A DNA stretch of 64,000 bases, taken from NCBI GenBank assembly GCA_012295275.1, contig CM022676.1, positions 12,028,001 through 12,092,000 on the forward strand, written 5' to 3'. Of the stretch, positions 52,123 to 64,000 are shown one piece after another; position 1 is the first letter of the stretch; each line of letters opens with the position of its first letter. The position numbers were made by a program, and so were the translations under genes. Source of the stretch: Chrysomallon squamiferum. Its lineage: Eukaryota > Animalia > Mollusca. The notes beneath the pieces were generated by a model. It was given only the letters and a program-made list of their open reading frames with translations, had not been told where the DNA came from and did no database searches.

Positions 52123-54906
52123 ATATAATTATTTGATTTGTTTTTCAGTTTTTATTTATCCATATCTATACTAATCACAAAAAGCTCAATTTAAATGTGT
52201 CCTATATGTCTCAGTGTGTGTGAACATGTATGTGTCAGTGTTGTGTGTGTGTATGTGTATATCTGTGTGTGTCTGTGTGTGAGTGAACATGTATGTATCA
52301 GTGTTCTGTGTGTGTGTGTGTGTATGTGTATATGTGTGTGTCTCTCTTTGTGTATGTGACAGTATAATTAAACTATTTCTAGAATTAATTTGATCTTATT
52401 AGACACAGACTGTAAAATGATGATGAACTTTGTTTTAGAAACTTTACACAAGCGTACACCCAATCTTTAGCTCAGAATAGTTGTCTGTCTAACATTTACA
52501 GAGCAGAAGAACAGGAAATGTGTTTTTCAATGGATCTTTTGTTTTAATAAAGTGACAAAAATTTTATTATCAGCCGTATATCATTTTTCTTTTTGTGTTA
52601 GTGTCTACATGTGTGTATGTGCCACTATTTCTACTATTACTACTACAAGCACTTCTTATTTTACTGTTACTAGAACAGCCACTGTTACCACTACTACTAC
52701 TACTACAACTGTAATATTAATGTGTGTTTGTGAGCAGTGTTTCTGTAATGTTTTCTACACCGCAATAAGATACAGGAGAACGATGTTAGCAAGCAATAAC
52801 TTAGACGTGATCATAAATCAGTCCACAGAGAAAAAAACAACATGTAATCAATTTAATTGCCATAGTATTTGTAGTCTAACAGAAACGACGATAGATAACG
52901 AATTTATTTATTTATCTATTTACTTACTTATTAATGTTTTGCATTTATAAAATAATTAAATTGGCCGTTCATTAAAAAACTAATAATACAAAAATAAAAG
53001 TTGTATGGTGTAGAAACGCTCCTGGTATCTGTGATACGTGAAACTGGCTTTCTTACCACTTACTTCATAAATGAAAACCTAGAAATAAACAAACGAACGA
53101 ATTAATTCTACATAACTCATCAGCAGCGTTCATAAACCTATAAACCAACGTTCACAAACATAAAACACATCAACGTTCACAAAAACAAGCACTTCAACGT
53201 TAAGAAATGCACGTTGACAAACATAAAACACATCAGCAACGTTCACACACAAAAAACACACTGGTATGTAAAAAACTGCAATCCATTAATTGATAAGTTC
53301 GTTTTATATAAAGAGAGGGAAAAAAAATATAATAATAAAGTAAAAGCAGAAGAACAAAACAGTTAATGAACCTGCGACATGCTTGAAACGAAGCTTGCAC
53401 TCTGTGACAGTGATTACCAGATTGTTACCTGACGACTTCATCATCGAATTAAAACTTAGACACATCTTTTCCTTTTCTACTGATTTTGTTTTTAACTTGT
53501 TAGAGCACGCTGTCCTGACCCAGTAAAACAGCCGATAGTTCGTTATACTTCTGTATCGACTGTAAAACTTCACATACTTGACGTTGTTGTTAAACCTCCG
53601 ACGTCGTCAGTTCCAGTGCATGACGACGTCACAACAATCGATGTCAGTAGTGATAATGTTTCCCAAACAACTGTTCTTTGCTGTTGTTGTTGTTGTATTT
53701 TTTTTTTTTTTTTTTTTAAATATAAAATGAAAAAAATATATATAAACAAAAATTATAACGAGCAAGAACAACAACAAAGGCAATAATAATAATAAAAAGA
53801 AGAAGAATATACGCGGTTGGATATGGGCGCACGCACGCTCACACACGCACACAGCTGTACACACGAAATACGTTGACCTTCAGGCTTGCGTCAACAACTC
53901 TATTCATTTCCTCCCATGTTTTTCACGTCAAATAATCAGCGACGTGATCCACATCATCAGCAACTGATACAGCTGTCTCCATCCTCTGCTACATACGCCA
54001 GGCGAAAAGCAATAAATAGAAGTATATCTTTATTACCATTACTTCTCTCGTTTTCCTAATCGAATTCTTATGTCTTCTGTTGATTTATTTTATAGAAATA
54101 TATCTAATTTACCATTGCTTTTCTCGTTTTCCTAATCGAATTCTTATGTCTTCTGTTGATTTATTACTTGACTTTCTGATGTCTTACCTTTGATTCTTCA
54201 ACCGATTCACTTATTATCTTTACTTCTGCTGCTGCTACTACTACTACTACTACTACTACTAAATTGCTACTGCTATTGGCATTGTTATCATTATCATTAT
54301 TATTATCTTTATTAAAATTATTGTCATCATTATTAACACCATTTTCCGAATTTTTCAAAAATGGTTCTATACCTGCATTACTATTGCTCTCACTGCTACT
54401 ACTACTACTGTAACGACTACGACTACTACAACCATTGCCACTACTAGCACTGACATTACTAATACAAACGTTACATTTTTTTATTTTTTTTCACAATAGT
54501 TCTGATCATTTTTTTAATTTTATTTATTATTTTTGTTTAATTCTCGTGTGATTGATTCAAACTCTGACATCAACAAAAGTCTACTCTTAGTAAGTCAAAC
54601 GGTTCATCAGGGAACGATTTGTCAACTCATGTCTTCTCTTTTGTTACTGGTTAATGGATCACATTTCGTCTGCTAACTTTTCCATTATTGCATTATGATT
54701 GGCTAATCAGCCGATTGTTCATCTGGTAAGTTGTACAATAACGCTTTGTGATTGGCTAATGTTTTAGTGACGTGTATTGTACAGGGAAACTGTTAGGGAA
54801 AATATAAACAGAAAAAGTATTGTCTTATTGCTTGTTTGTGATTAGTCAGACAGAAGGCCAGATATACATTTGTAAAAGCCTTATTTCACAATTTATTACA
54901 ACGAGA

Positions 54907-56214
54907 ATGGCGTCAACGTTTTTGTGTGCGGTGTTTTGTACGTTGTTGTGCTATGCTCCACAAACATCAACAACAACGACGATGACGGTGATAACAGCAG
55001 TGACGACGGAAATAACAACTTTGTCTTTCAGTGCTACATATTTTACCACCGACGTGGTCCACTACGTCAGTAATGACAGTGTCACCTCAGCTGACGTCTA
55101 TTCTGACAACGAGACTCTACAGGAAGTGACGACATCGGTAAGTTCTAAGTCACGCGCGTTCAACATGGAAGGACTGGTTTCCAAGGAAACGTTCGAAACG
55201 TTTGAAAACGTTTCTAAATATTTGAACTTCGTTCTTCTGTTCAGCGGCCTCGTTCTCAACGTTCTCAATCTGCTGGTGTTCACGTCACGGGAGATGAAGA
55301 GTCCGTCGTCGATGATTCTGACGGCGACAAGCGGCTCCGAGCTGGTCGTCGTTCTCCTACAAGCGGCCGTCAAGTTCGTCGGACTACATTTCGGAGCGAA
55401 AATGAGGTATTCCTACGCGTACCTCAGCGTGCACATTTACCTGTCGATGTACGGGTCCTCGGTGCTCGGTCGCTCTGTCTACTGCTTCACGATTTTTGTC
55501 GCCGTACAGCGACTTGTCGCGGTGGCTTTCCCGCTCAAGTCAAAACGCGTCGCCATCATGCAGAGACCCGCCATCGTCTGCGTCACCGTCCTGGCCTCCA
55601 GCGTCGTCTACCACGTCTACATTCCCTTCAGCTACGTCGTCGACAGCTACCAGATGGGCAACGAAACGCGCTACAAATTCGGCTACTCGGACTACTACAG
55701 CGACAACGTCGACGTCGTTAAAAGCGTCAGTCTGGCCGGACGAATTATCTTCATCTACGTGCCACTTCTCGGCTGCCTCGTTTCGAACATCGCCCTCGTT
55801 TTCGTTCTCAGGTATCACACGATGAACAGAAAGTCTCTCCAGTCCAGCCTCGACTCCAAGCAGACGAGACGGACGGAAACACTGACCACGACGACCATCA
55901 TGGTGTCCACTGTGACCTTCGTGCTGCTGGTGCTGCCCTACCAGGGCAACTCGCTCGCTGTGCAGTTCTCCGACACGTACGGGATGTACAGACAGAACCA
56001 CTGGCTCTACATGACCGTGCACCAGGTGGGCACGCTCTGCATTCTGCTCAGCAGCTCCTCAAACTTCGTCTTCTACTTCATCCTCGGCGGCGTCTTTCGA
56101 AAGACTCTCCTCTCCAAGTTGCGCAGCTGCAGGTCTGCTCGAGACGCAGACACTTTCCCGTCGACAGTCGGCAGTTCGTCTACTGTCAACACGACTCTTA
56201 AAGACACAATCTAG
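54907..56214 (+). CDS. Intronless class A (rhodopsin-like) orphan peptide-type GPCR of the FMRFamide/sex-peptide-receptor-like group, 435 aa
   Basis: Uninterrupted GC-rich ORF with seven hydrophobic segments: TM1 GLVLNVLNLLVF, TM2 ILTATSGSELVV, TM3 end VAVQRLVAVAFP, TM6 FVLLVLP, TM7 SSSSNFVFY followed by helix 8 FRKTL. The first ATG is 54907; the track's start at 54820 is a TTG. Confidence 0.9.
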   Translation: MASTFLCAVFCTLLCYAPQTSTTTTMTVITAVTTEITTLSFSATYFTTDVVHYVSNDSVTSADVYSDNETLQEVTTSVSSKSRAFNMEGLVSKETFETFENVSKYLNFVLLFSGLVLNVLNLLVFTSREMKSPSSMILTATSGSELVVVLLQAAVKFVGLHFGAKMRYSYAYLSVHIYLSMYGSSVLGRSVYCFTIFVAVQRLVAVAFPLKSKRVAIMQRPAIVCVTVLASSVVYHVYIPFSYVVDSYQMGNETRYKFGYSDYYSDNVDVVKSVSLAGRIIFIYVPLLGCLVSNIALVFVLRYHTMNRKSLQSSLDSKQTRRTETLTTTTIMVSTVTFVLLVLPYQGNSLAVQFSDTYGMYRQNHWLYMTVHQVGTLCILLSSSSNFVFYFILGGVFRKTLLSKLRSCRSARDADTFPSTVGSSSTVNTTLKDTI

Positions 56215-58651
56215 CCTTTGTCCACAGGATAATCGCAACGAAACAATGGAAGACATAAACTGTCTAATGAAATGTACCAGAAGAAAACAAAGCTCATCTA
56301 CAGCTGCTCAGTTTTATTTGAAAAGTCATATGAAGACGTCAGGACTTTTTTTTTCATACCCAGTGGTAGGCTAAAATCTGTAAACTCTTGTGCTGAACAT
56401 CTGTTCAACATTCACGCACTGTTTGACATTGTTTGTAAAACTGTACTTTAGTTGTGAGTATTGTATAATGAATTTTCTGTGTAATATTTTGTGTGATTTT
56501 ATTCAGAGACTCGAACAGTTTGACACAAATATACGTTACTTTTATCTGTTTTGTTTTATTTACTTCGAATGAAAATTATGTTTATTTGTTAATACCATTG
56601 CATATACTAGTACTACTACTACCGCTGCTGCTGCTGCTGCTTCTGTAGTTCTACTTCTACAAGTTTCATAATTAGTTTGATAGTTACTACTACTGCTGCA
56701 ATTAGTATTACTGCTTTGGTACTAGTACAACCATTTCTGCTGCTACTACTGCTATTACTACCACAACTACTAGTACTACTACTAAACTCCTACTTATGTT
56801 TTGACTTCTCCGGCATTCACTAGTTTGGCAGCTTCGACGATTCAGCACAATGATTTGGATCTGGCAGTTACTAGTTTTCATGACGTCACTTCGAGATCTG
56901 TGACGTCAGCACATACTGTGTCCATGGTAGCTCATCCATTGTGGTCGTTGCTGGTATTTTACCAGTATTTTAACAATGCAAGCTAAACATCTAACATTAA
57001 CACTACTAAAAAAAATGTATTATCACTGAAATAAAAAATAATAATTACTTAGTCATAAAGAATTCCAGTAAGCCTCAGCTACATTTATTTTACAATGGTA
57101 ATTTATAAATAATACGATCTGTTAATTTACATTAATCGGTTCGTTGACTGCTTCGCGGTATTTAATGGATCCTTTCTGAATGGGAAGCCATCTTGACTTA
57201 CTTCGATAAGCGGCGTTTTTGTAATTACTTGTAAAATGATCAGCGGTCAGTTCCACTTGACCATTTGTGCTTGTAAATGTTCAGATTTGATTCGTTTTCT
57301 ATAAATAGATTTGGAATCAGGTCAGCGGCGCAGCTGGGCTAAAAGAGATATTTACGTCTGAAGCAGGAAATCTTTATTTTTATCTTTATTTTTATCTTTA
57401 TTTTTATATTGATTTTTATCTTGAATTTTATCTTTATTTATTTTATTTTTATCTTTATTTTTTTTTTTTCCCCTCAGATTTTATGTTGTAAGTCGTGAAT
57501 TACTTCTTTAAAGTTAGAAAGAAATATTTATCACTTTATAATTACGTATTAAGTAAGTGTAGATACGTTACAAAAACATTCAACTTCTAAAATATGTTCT
57601 GTTATGTATATCAGTGCTGTCAGAGATGTCTTGGTGTCATTTTAATGCGCATTTCTTTTTTCACTTTCTGATGATGTATATAGGAAAATGATATTTGTGA
57701 AAATTTGCTTAGTAAATGTGTATATGTGTGTATTTTGACAGAAATGACAATGAATATAAATGAGCGTACAAGGTTATTTATTGATTTATTTATTTTATTC
57801 GTTGTTTTCTTTATTTACTTTATTTACTTGTTTTTTTTATATTTATTTTTATGTGGGTTTTTTATTATTTATTTTCTTTTATTATTATTATTATTATTAT
57901 TATTCTCATTATTATTATTATTATTATTATTAATTCATTCATTCAGTTAATTATTTCTTGCATATTTTCTCTGGAAACTGAAACCTAAAACCAAAGTCTT
58001 TCCTACCTTTGCTTAGATCTAAGAAACGACACTTTACAAAACTAGAAACTGAACACGTCATTCTACTCGCATTACTAAAACACTCGCAGACAAAGGGACA
58101 CCCGCAATAATCAGATCAACGTTTTGTTTGTTCAATCAAAGATAGTTTCATCTTGCACTGTAATTTGACGAAACAAAAACAACTTGACTAGCGAACACTT
58201 TGATCTCCGTTCATTACTTGATTGCTTTGATCTTTGCTCAGATACCTGCAGTGAAATCGGGGGAAGGTGATATTTGTTTTCATCTGCTGTGATTGCGCTG
58301 AAAGTGAAAACGCGTCACCAGTTTCTCAGATCAGTAGTCGTGATCGCACCAAACACGGCGACGTCAGAATCAAAATCACTGAACGTGCAGGAAGAAACAA
58401 GAGAAATCTGTTTCTTTGTTTTTTTTGTTTTTTTTTGCACAACACAGTTATAAACGTATTTAGATTTATTGTTTAGTTGAATACGGTCAGAGAGGAAACC
58501 CGCTTGTTTTTTTGTTTTTTTTTTTTTGTTAGCAACAAGATGATTTTTGCAAGCACCTTCCAGTGGACAGCAGAAATTTAATATTATTTACTTAAACCAG
58601 TAGAAGAACACTGGTTGGACCGGGTAATAACAGTACAATTAGCGTCATAAT

Positions 58652-58730
<79 letters not shown>

Positions 58731-58733
58731 GTA

Positions 58734-58768
<35 letters not shown>

Positions 58769-59090
58769 TTCATTTTGTTTTTTCTTTGTGCAGTTTGGTA
58801 TAAATATAAAACATTTCACTTTCTGACTTGTTAGACAGTGTTAAGCAAAGTGCACGTGACACGGTGGTATTGACTGAGTAGCTGGCTCGTTACGTTTCCT
58901 TCAGCTAATTTTTTAATAGAAAACAAAAACCGACGTAATATGAAGGTTTTCTGGAAACCAGAATATCAATAAATCTAAATAGTGCAGTCAGTCATTATTA
59001 GAGTCGTGAATTAAGTAAAGCAAAAAAAAAAAAATATATATATATATTTGGAGTACGTTATTTTTTTCATATGTAGATGACAATTAGACT

Positions 59091-59163
<73 letters not shown>

Positions 59164-60418
59164 GTGTTTATCTTTAACTATATTTAGGAATAGACTGCTA
59201 AACACACCCGACTACCGTGATATTTGATAAATGATCAATATCTTACTGAAATTAGTTTGACAAACATGTTTACGATTATTATTAACGTATCAATCGAATG
59301 TATTTCATGATTATTCTACCAGACATTATGATAACTACGGTCATCATCTGTTACGAAATTTAGAGTAAAAAAAAAAAAAAAAAAAAAGAATAAACTAAGT
59401 ACTGAAATAAAATATATCATTATCCTGTAGGTTGCAAAAATCATCTTTCATATTTTATTAACATTACTTTACTTACAAACATTCTAAATATTTCATGTTG
59501 ATCAAAAGTCTTCCTTTGTCCTGAACAACAAATCTGCCTCGTCCTCAAACATGGCGCTGATTGGACATTCGTTTGATCACGTGGTGTTGTTACTAAATTA
59601 CATAATTACAGTTTTAGTGCATGTCCTAACAGACTGGAAAGTATCGACTATCGAATAAAAAGTCGAAACTGAACAAAGATAATTACGTTTCTGAAATCAG
59701 ATGAGTGTTGTGTGTATGTATGGAATCAGATATCGATGTTACTTACCTAGTTTGATAACCCCGCGTTCTGTTGACACAGCAAATGGGTAATGACGTCACA
59801 CAGTTATTGACAGACGTAAAGCTTCGTTAACACAGTGCAACTTATCGTAACAATATAACACGTGATTTGAACAAAAAAAATCAATGACAACAGCAACAAT
59901 AATAATAATATTGATAATAACTTTAATAATTCGAAAAAGAACGACAACAACAACCACAATGCAAAATGATCTACACCATCAACATTAGTAGCACATAACA
60001 GTAGCGATAATAACAACAACAAAACAACAACAACAACAACTATTACTACTATGACTACTACCACAGCTACTGCTATTATCTTATTATTTCTAATTTAATA
60101 TTTTGAAAGTAAAATGTCAAATTATTTTTCCCTCCTGTAGTTTTAGTCTACATTTTCTCTGAAAATATTTTACTTTGGAAAAACAAACTAAGTTAGTTGG
60201 AGGCGTGTTGGTGTCAACGTCCGAACAGCGTCTAATGTAGCAGATCCTCGCCTCGGGCGAAGTTAATCAGTTCAGCTGACAGAGTGCAATCTTCTGTCTC
60301 CATTTTACTTTCTCACTTACCTCGAGGCAGCGACCTTGTAAGGGGAGATAAATCCTCAGTTAAATCAAAGTCTTTACGTAAATTATCAAAGTGCAGTGTA
60401 ATATTACGTGAAGGCCAC

Positions 60419-60511
<93 letters not shown>

Positions 60512-60632
60512 AATGTGAGTATGTTGAATGTGTGTTGAAGTGTCCTGACGATTTCACAGATTTATTATAATTATGTATCTCTTTATTTATCTGTGAGCTT
60601 CTGTACGTGTATATCTATATGTATATCTGTGC

Positions 60633-60730
<98 letters not shown>

Positions 60731-60851
60731 ATATGAATAATTATATATTTTTGTAATGTCATCTTCTTTTTTCCCTATATTTTTAAAATATTTTAATTTT
60801 TTAGGTTTATTATTATTTTATTTTAATTGTATTTTTTCTATATATTTTTCA

Positions 60852-60882
<31 letters not shown>

Positions 60883-61110
60883 TTTATTTGGATTTTCTTT
60901 CTTCAATCTTCGAATTTCTTTAAGTTCTTGTTTTTCCTTTCGTCATCATATTTAGTCGCCTAAAGGAATAAGCTGCATTAAACTCGAGATTACATTAACA
61001 TCACTCGAGTAGCTGACGTCGCTGCTGTAGATAGAAGTCTTAAAATGTCGTCAGTGACGTCCTGCTCAAATGAGATTATAAGATTTCAGCATCAGTTCAT
61101 ATGACGTGTT

Positions 61111-61230
<120 letters not shown>

Positions 61231-61991
61231 TTTTTTTCCCCTCTGTTTTTAAAATAATTAGATTTGTTATCTAATGTTATCATTTTGACGTCTAAAATAT
61301 TTACTTTCTCGACAGAATGGAATTGTGGGTATGGGTCACGTGTTGTTAACTTTAACCAGAAACACACACTTTTCTGTCCAACACACCACCACAACAACAA
61401 CATCAACAAAAACAACATCAACAACAATGATAATATCAACAACAACAACTTGTACCTTTTGAACTGTTAAATTTAACTGTTCATAAAAATTATCATAATC
61501 TAATCAAATATACTAAAAAGACTGAGCTCACACTTAAATTTGTGAAAGTGTTTAAATTACAAATGAAAAACAGAAGAATAACGTATGAAATGACATTCGT
61601 GTTTTATCATACGTGTTAAGTTTTAGTTCTGTACGTTACATAATTATGCTTGGTTCCTTTCGACCTGTATTTTCTACAGATCAAAGGTTAAAAAACGTCT
61701 ACACAAATAATTTCTTATTTAACCTATTGAGACTTTTTTTCATTTAGAAAAAAGAACAATTTGGCATTAATCAAAGAAGTTATTGTTAAGGTCACGTTCT
61801 GAATATCTATGACAGTGTTATTGTTGCTGATGATGTTGTTGCTATTGGTGTAGCTCGTCTTATTTCTTTCTTTTTATTTATTTTATTTTATTTTATTTTT
61901 TTATTATTTTATTTTTTTATTTTTTTTATTATTATTATTATTTTTTTGTTGTCGTTCTTTGTTCTTTGATTTTTGTTGGGATTTTTTCTGC

Positions 61992-62027
<36 letters not shown>

Positions 62028-62505
62028 CTTCTTCTTCTTCGTCTTCTTTTATTTATTTATTTTTTAATTTTATTTATTTATATTACTTTTTCTTTTATTG
62101 TTTCTAATTTTGTTCTTTTGTGGAACTGGTTTATTGCTGTTTTATTTTATTTCTATTGTTAGTGTTGTTGTTGTTTCGTTTCTTTTGTAATAATTTCTCT
62201 GTAGTGATTTTTCTTGACGTTGTGTATGTTGTTGTTGCTGCTGCTGTTTTCAAATGAAAGAAAATTAGTTATCACGACTCACTGATTCCATCATTAGAAA
62301 AAATTAATTATTATTATTATTGTTGTTGTTGTTGTTAATAATCTGAAGATTGCCAGGGCTTCGTAAAAGCTAAGATGAATTGAATTTAATTACACACACA
62401 GTCATGCACACATAAACTCATATTTACATACATCCATATGTACACACATATATATATACACATATATATATACACGCATGTGCACACAGACACACATGCA
62501 TATAC

Positions 62506-62573
<68 letters not shown>

Positions 62574-63279
62574 TTATATATATATATATGTATGTATGTA
62601 TATATATATATATGTATGTATTGTATGTATGTATATATGTATACAGAAAAAACGACACATACACATTCACACATACACACAGAACTCTGTGTAGTCTAAA
62701 CACGCTACTGTAATTCTACAGCAATGTCGCTGAGCTGATAACGTAGATGTCAGTGATAAATGAAATATCGGAGATAAAGTTTGACCAATTCACGAATCGA
62801 TTTCTCTCGCCTCGTTTCGTAAACCCGATCATCATTTAATCTCTTCCTTTGAAGGTTTTCATTTGTCGATTTAAACTGGAGCCTGCGAGTCATACGCCGA
62901 TTTCTGTTTTTCACACTCGTCAGTTTTATCTGCTAATTCGAGGACGTTAGCCTCGTTTTTCATTCACTGCAGATCCCGAGTCTGGTCAGTGACAACAGAA
63001 TGGATCGAGACTAAACACCGGACGCACAAACACGGTGCGAAAACACACACATCTCGGTAATAGAAACTTCCAGTTGACGTATTTCTTTGCAATAGATTTG
63101 TGACATTTAAATGTTGTTAAAACATGATTAGTCGACTGTAAGCCGCGATGATAATGTGTGTGTTTTAAACAAATAAAATAAGAGAGTGAAAAACGATAGT
63201 GTACAATGGACGGGGATGTGAGAACCACTGATTTATGAAAGAATGATTTGTTGTATCTGTCGTCTACGATATTTCACCA

Positions 63280-63357
<78 letters not shown>

Positions 63358-64000
63358 ACACTTTTACATAACGACTGCTTTCGAGACATCACAGGAGGGT
63401 TGTGTTTAAAACTATTACACTGACAGAAATCACTGCTATGAGACAGACATCCAGACTGACGTCCATGACAAGCAAACTTTGACTCTTTGCAGCGAGAGAA
63501 TCAATAGAGACGTATCCTGCATGTCTACTTCATCTCAGTCTGCTTCATACACAAAGCTGGCGACATTATCTGGATGTGATTTTGTAAAAAATATTGATTT
63601 CCATTACATCTTACATGCTTAATATGATCACAAAAAAATATCTTCTTCACTCAGTGATAATCCATATCGATGTTTTGGGCAAATATTTCGAGAAACACAG
63701 TTTGTAACTTCTTTACTTATAGACACAACACACACACACACACACATAAACACAGAAACACACACACATACATACACACACAGAGAAACACACACACATA
63801 CACACACAGAAACACACATATAAACACACAGAAAAACACACACACATACATACACACACACACAGAAGTACACACATAAACATAGAAACACAGACGCACA
63901 TATACACACAACTACATATACACAAAACACAAACAAGCACACACAAACACACAGACAAATACATGCATAAATACACGAGCACAATAATATATAACCATAA

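Noticed and set aside
53304-53660. Complex-sequence - strand ORFs between mael and the GPCR
   Set aside because: Interrupted by a TGA, with no recognisable homology and no consistent splice sites.
55098-56256. Overlapping ORFs on both strands of the GPCR
   Set aside because: Shadow ORFs caused by the GC-rich codon usage of the real gene.

Overview
AT-rich, microsatellite-dense animal genomic DNA with GT-AG spliced genes. A lophotrochozoan, probably a mollusc, is my inference from gene content. Most ORFs in the supplied track are simple-repeat artefacts, so gene models were spliced by hand. The window holds a fibrinogen-related (FReD) cluster: (i) the last exon of an upstream FReD gene, extended by a ~490-aa Pro/Thr mucin tail and carrying one frameshift; (ii) a + strand PAN/apple-FReD gene whose ligand-binding last exon occurs as two intact alternative copies plus a third decayed copy; (iii) a - strand PAN/apple-FReD paralogue with the same intron phases and identical internal exon sizes. 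It also holds a short FSIP2 N-terminus-like gene, an MS4A/CD20-like four-TM gene, a 15-exon maelstrom gene, an intronless class A peptide-type GPCR and two non-autonomous DNA-transposon remnants. Two patterns stand out: the swappable ligand-binding terminal exons of the FReD gene, and six tandem repeats seeded on splice junctions or coding-sequence ends in four different genes. No coding sequence was recognised in about 56.3-64 kb.
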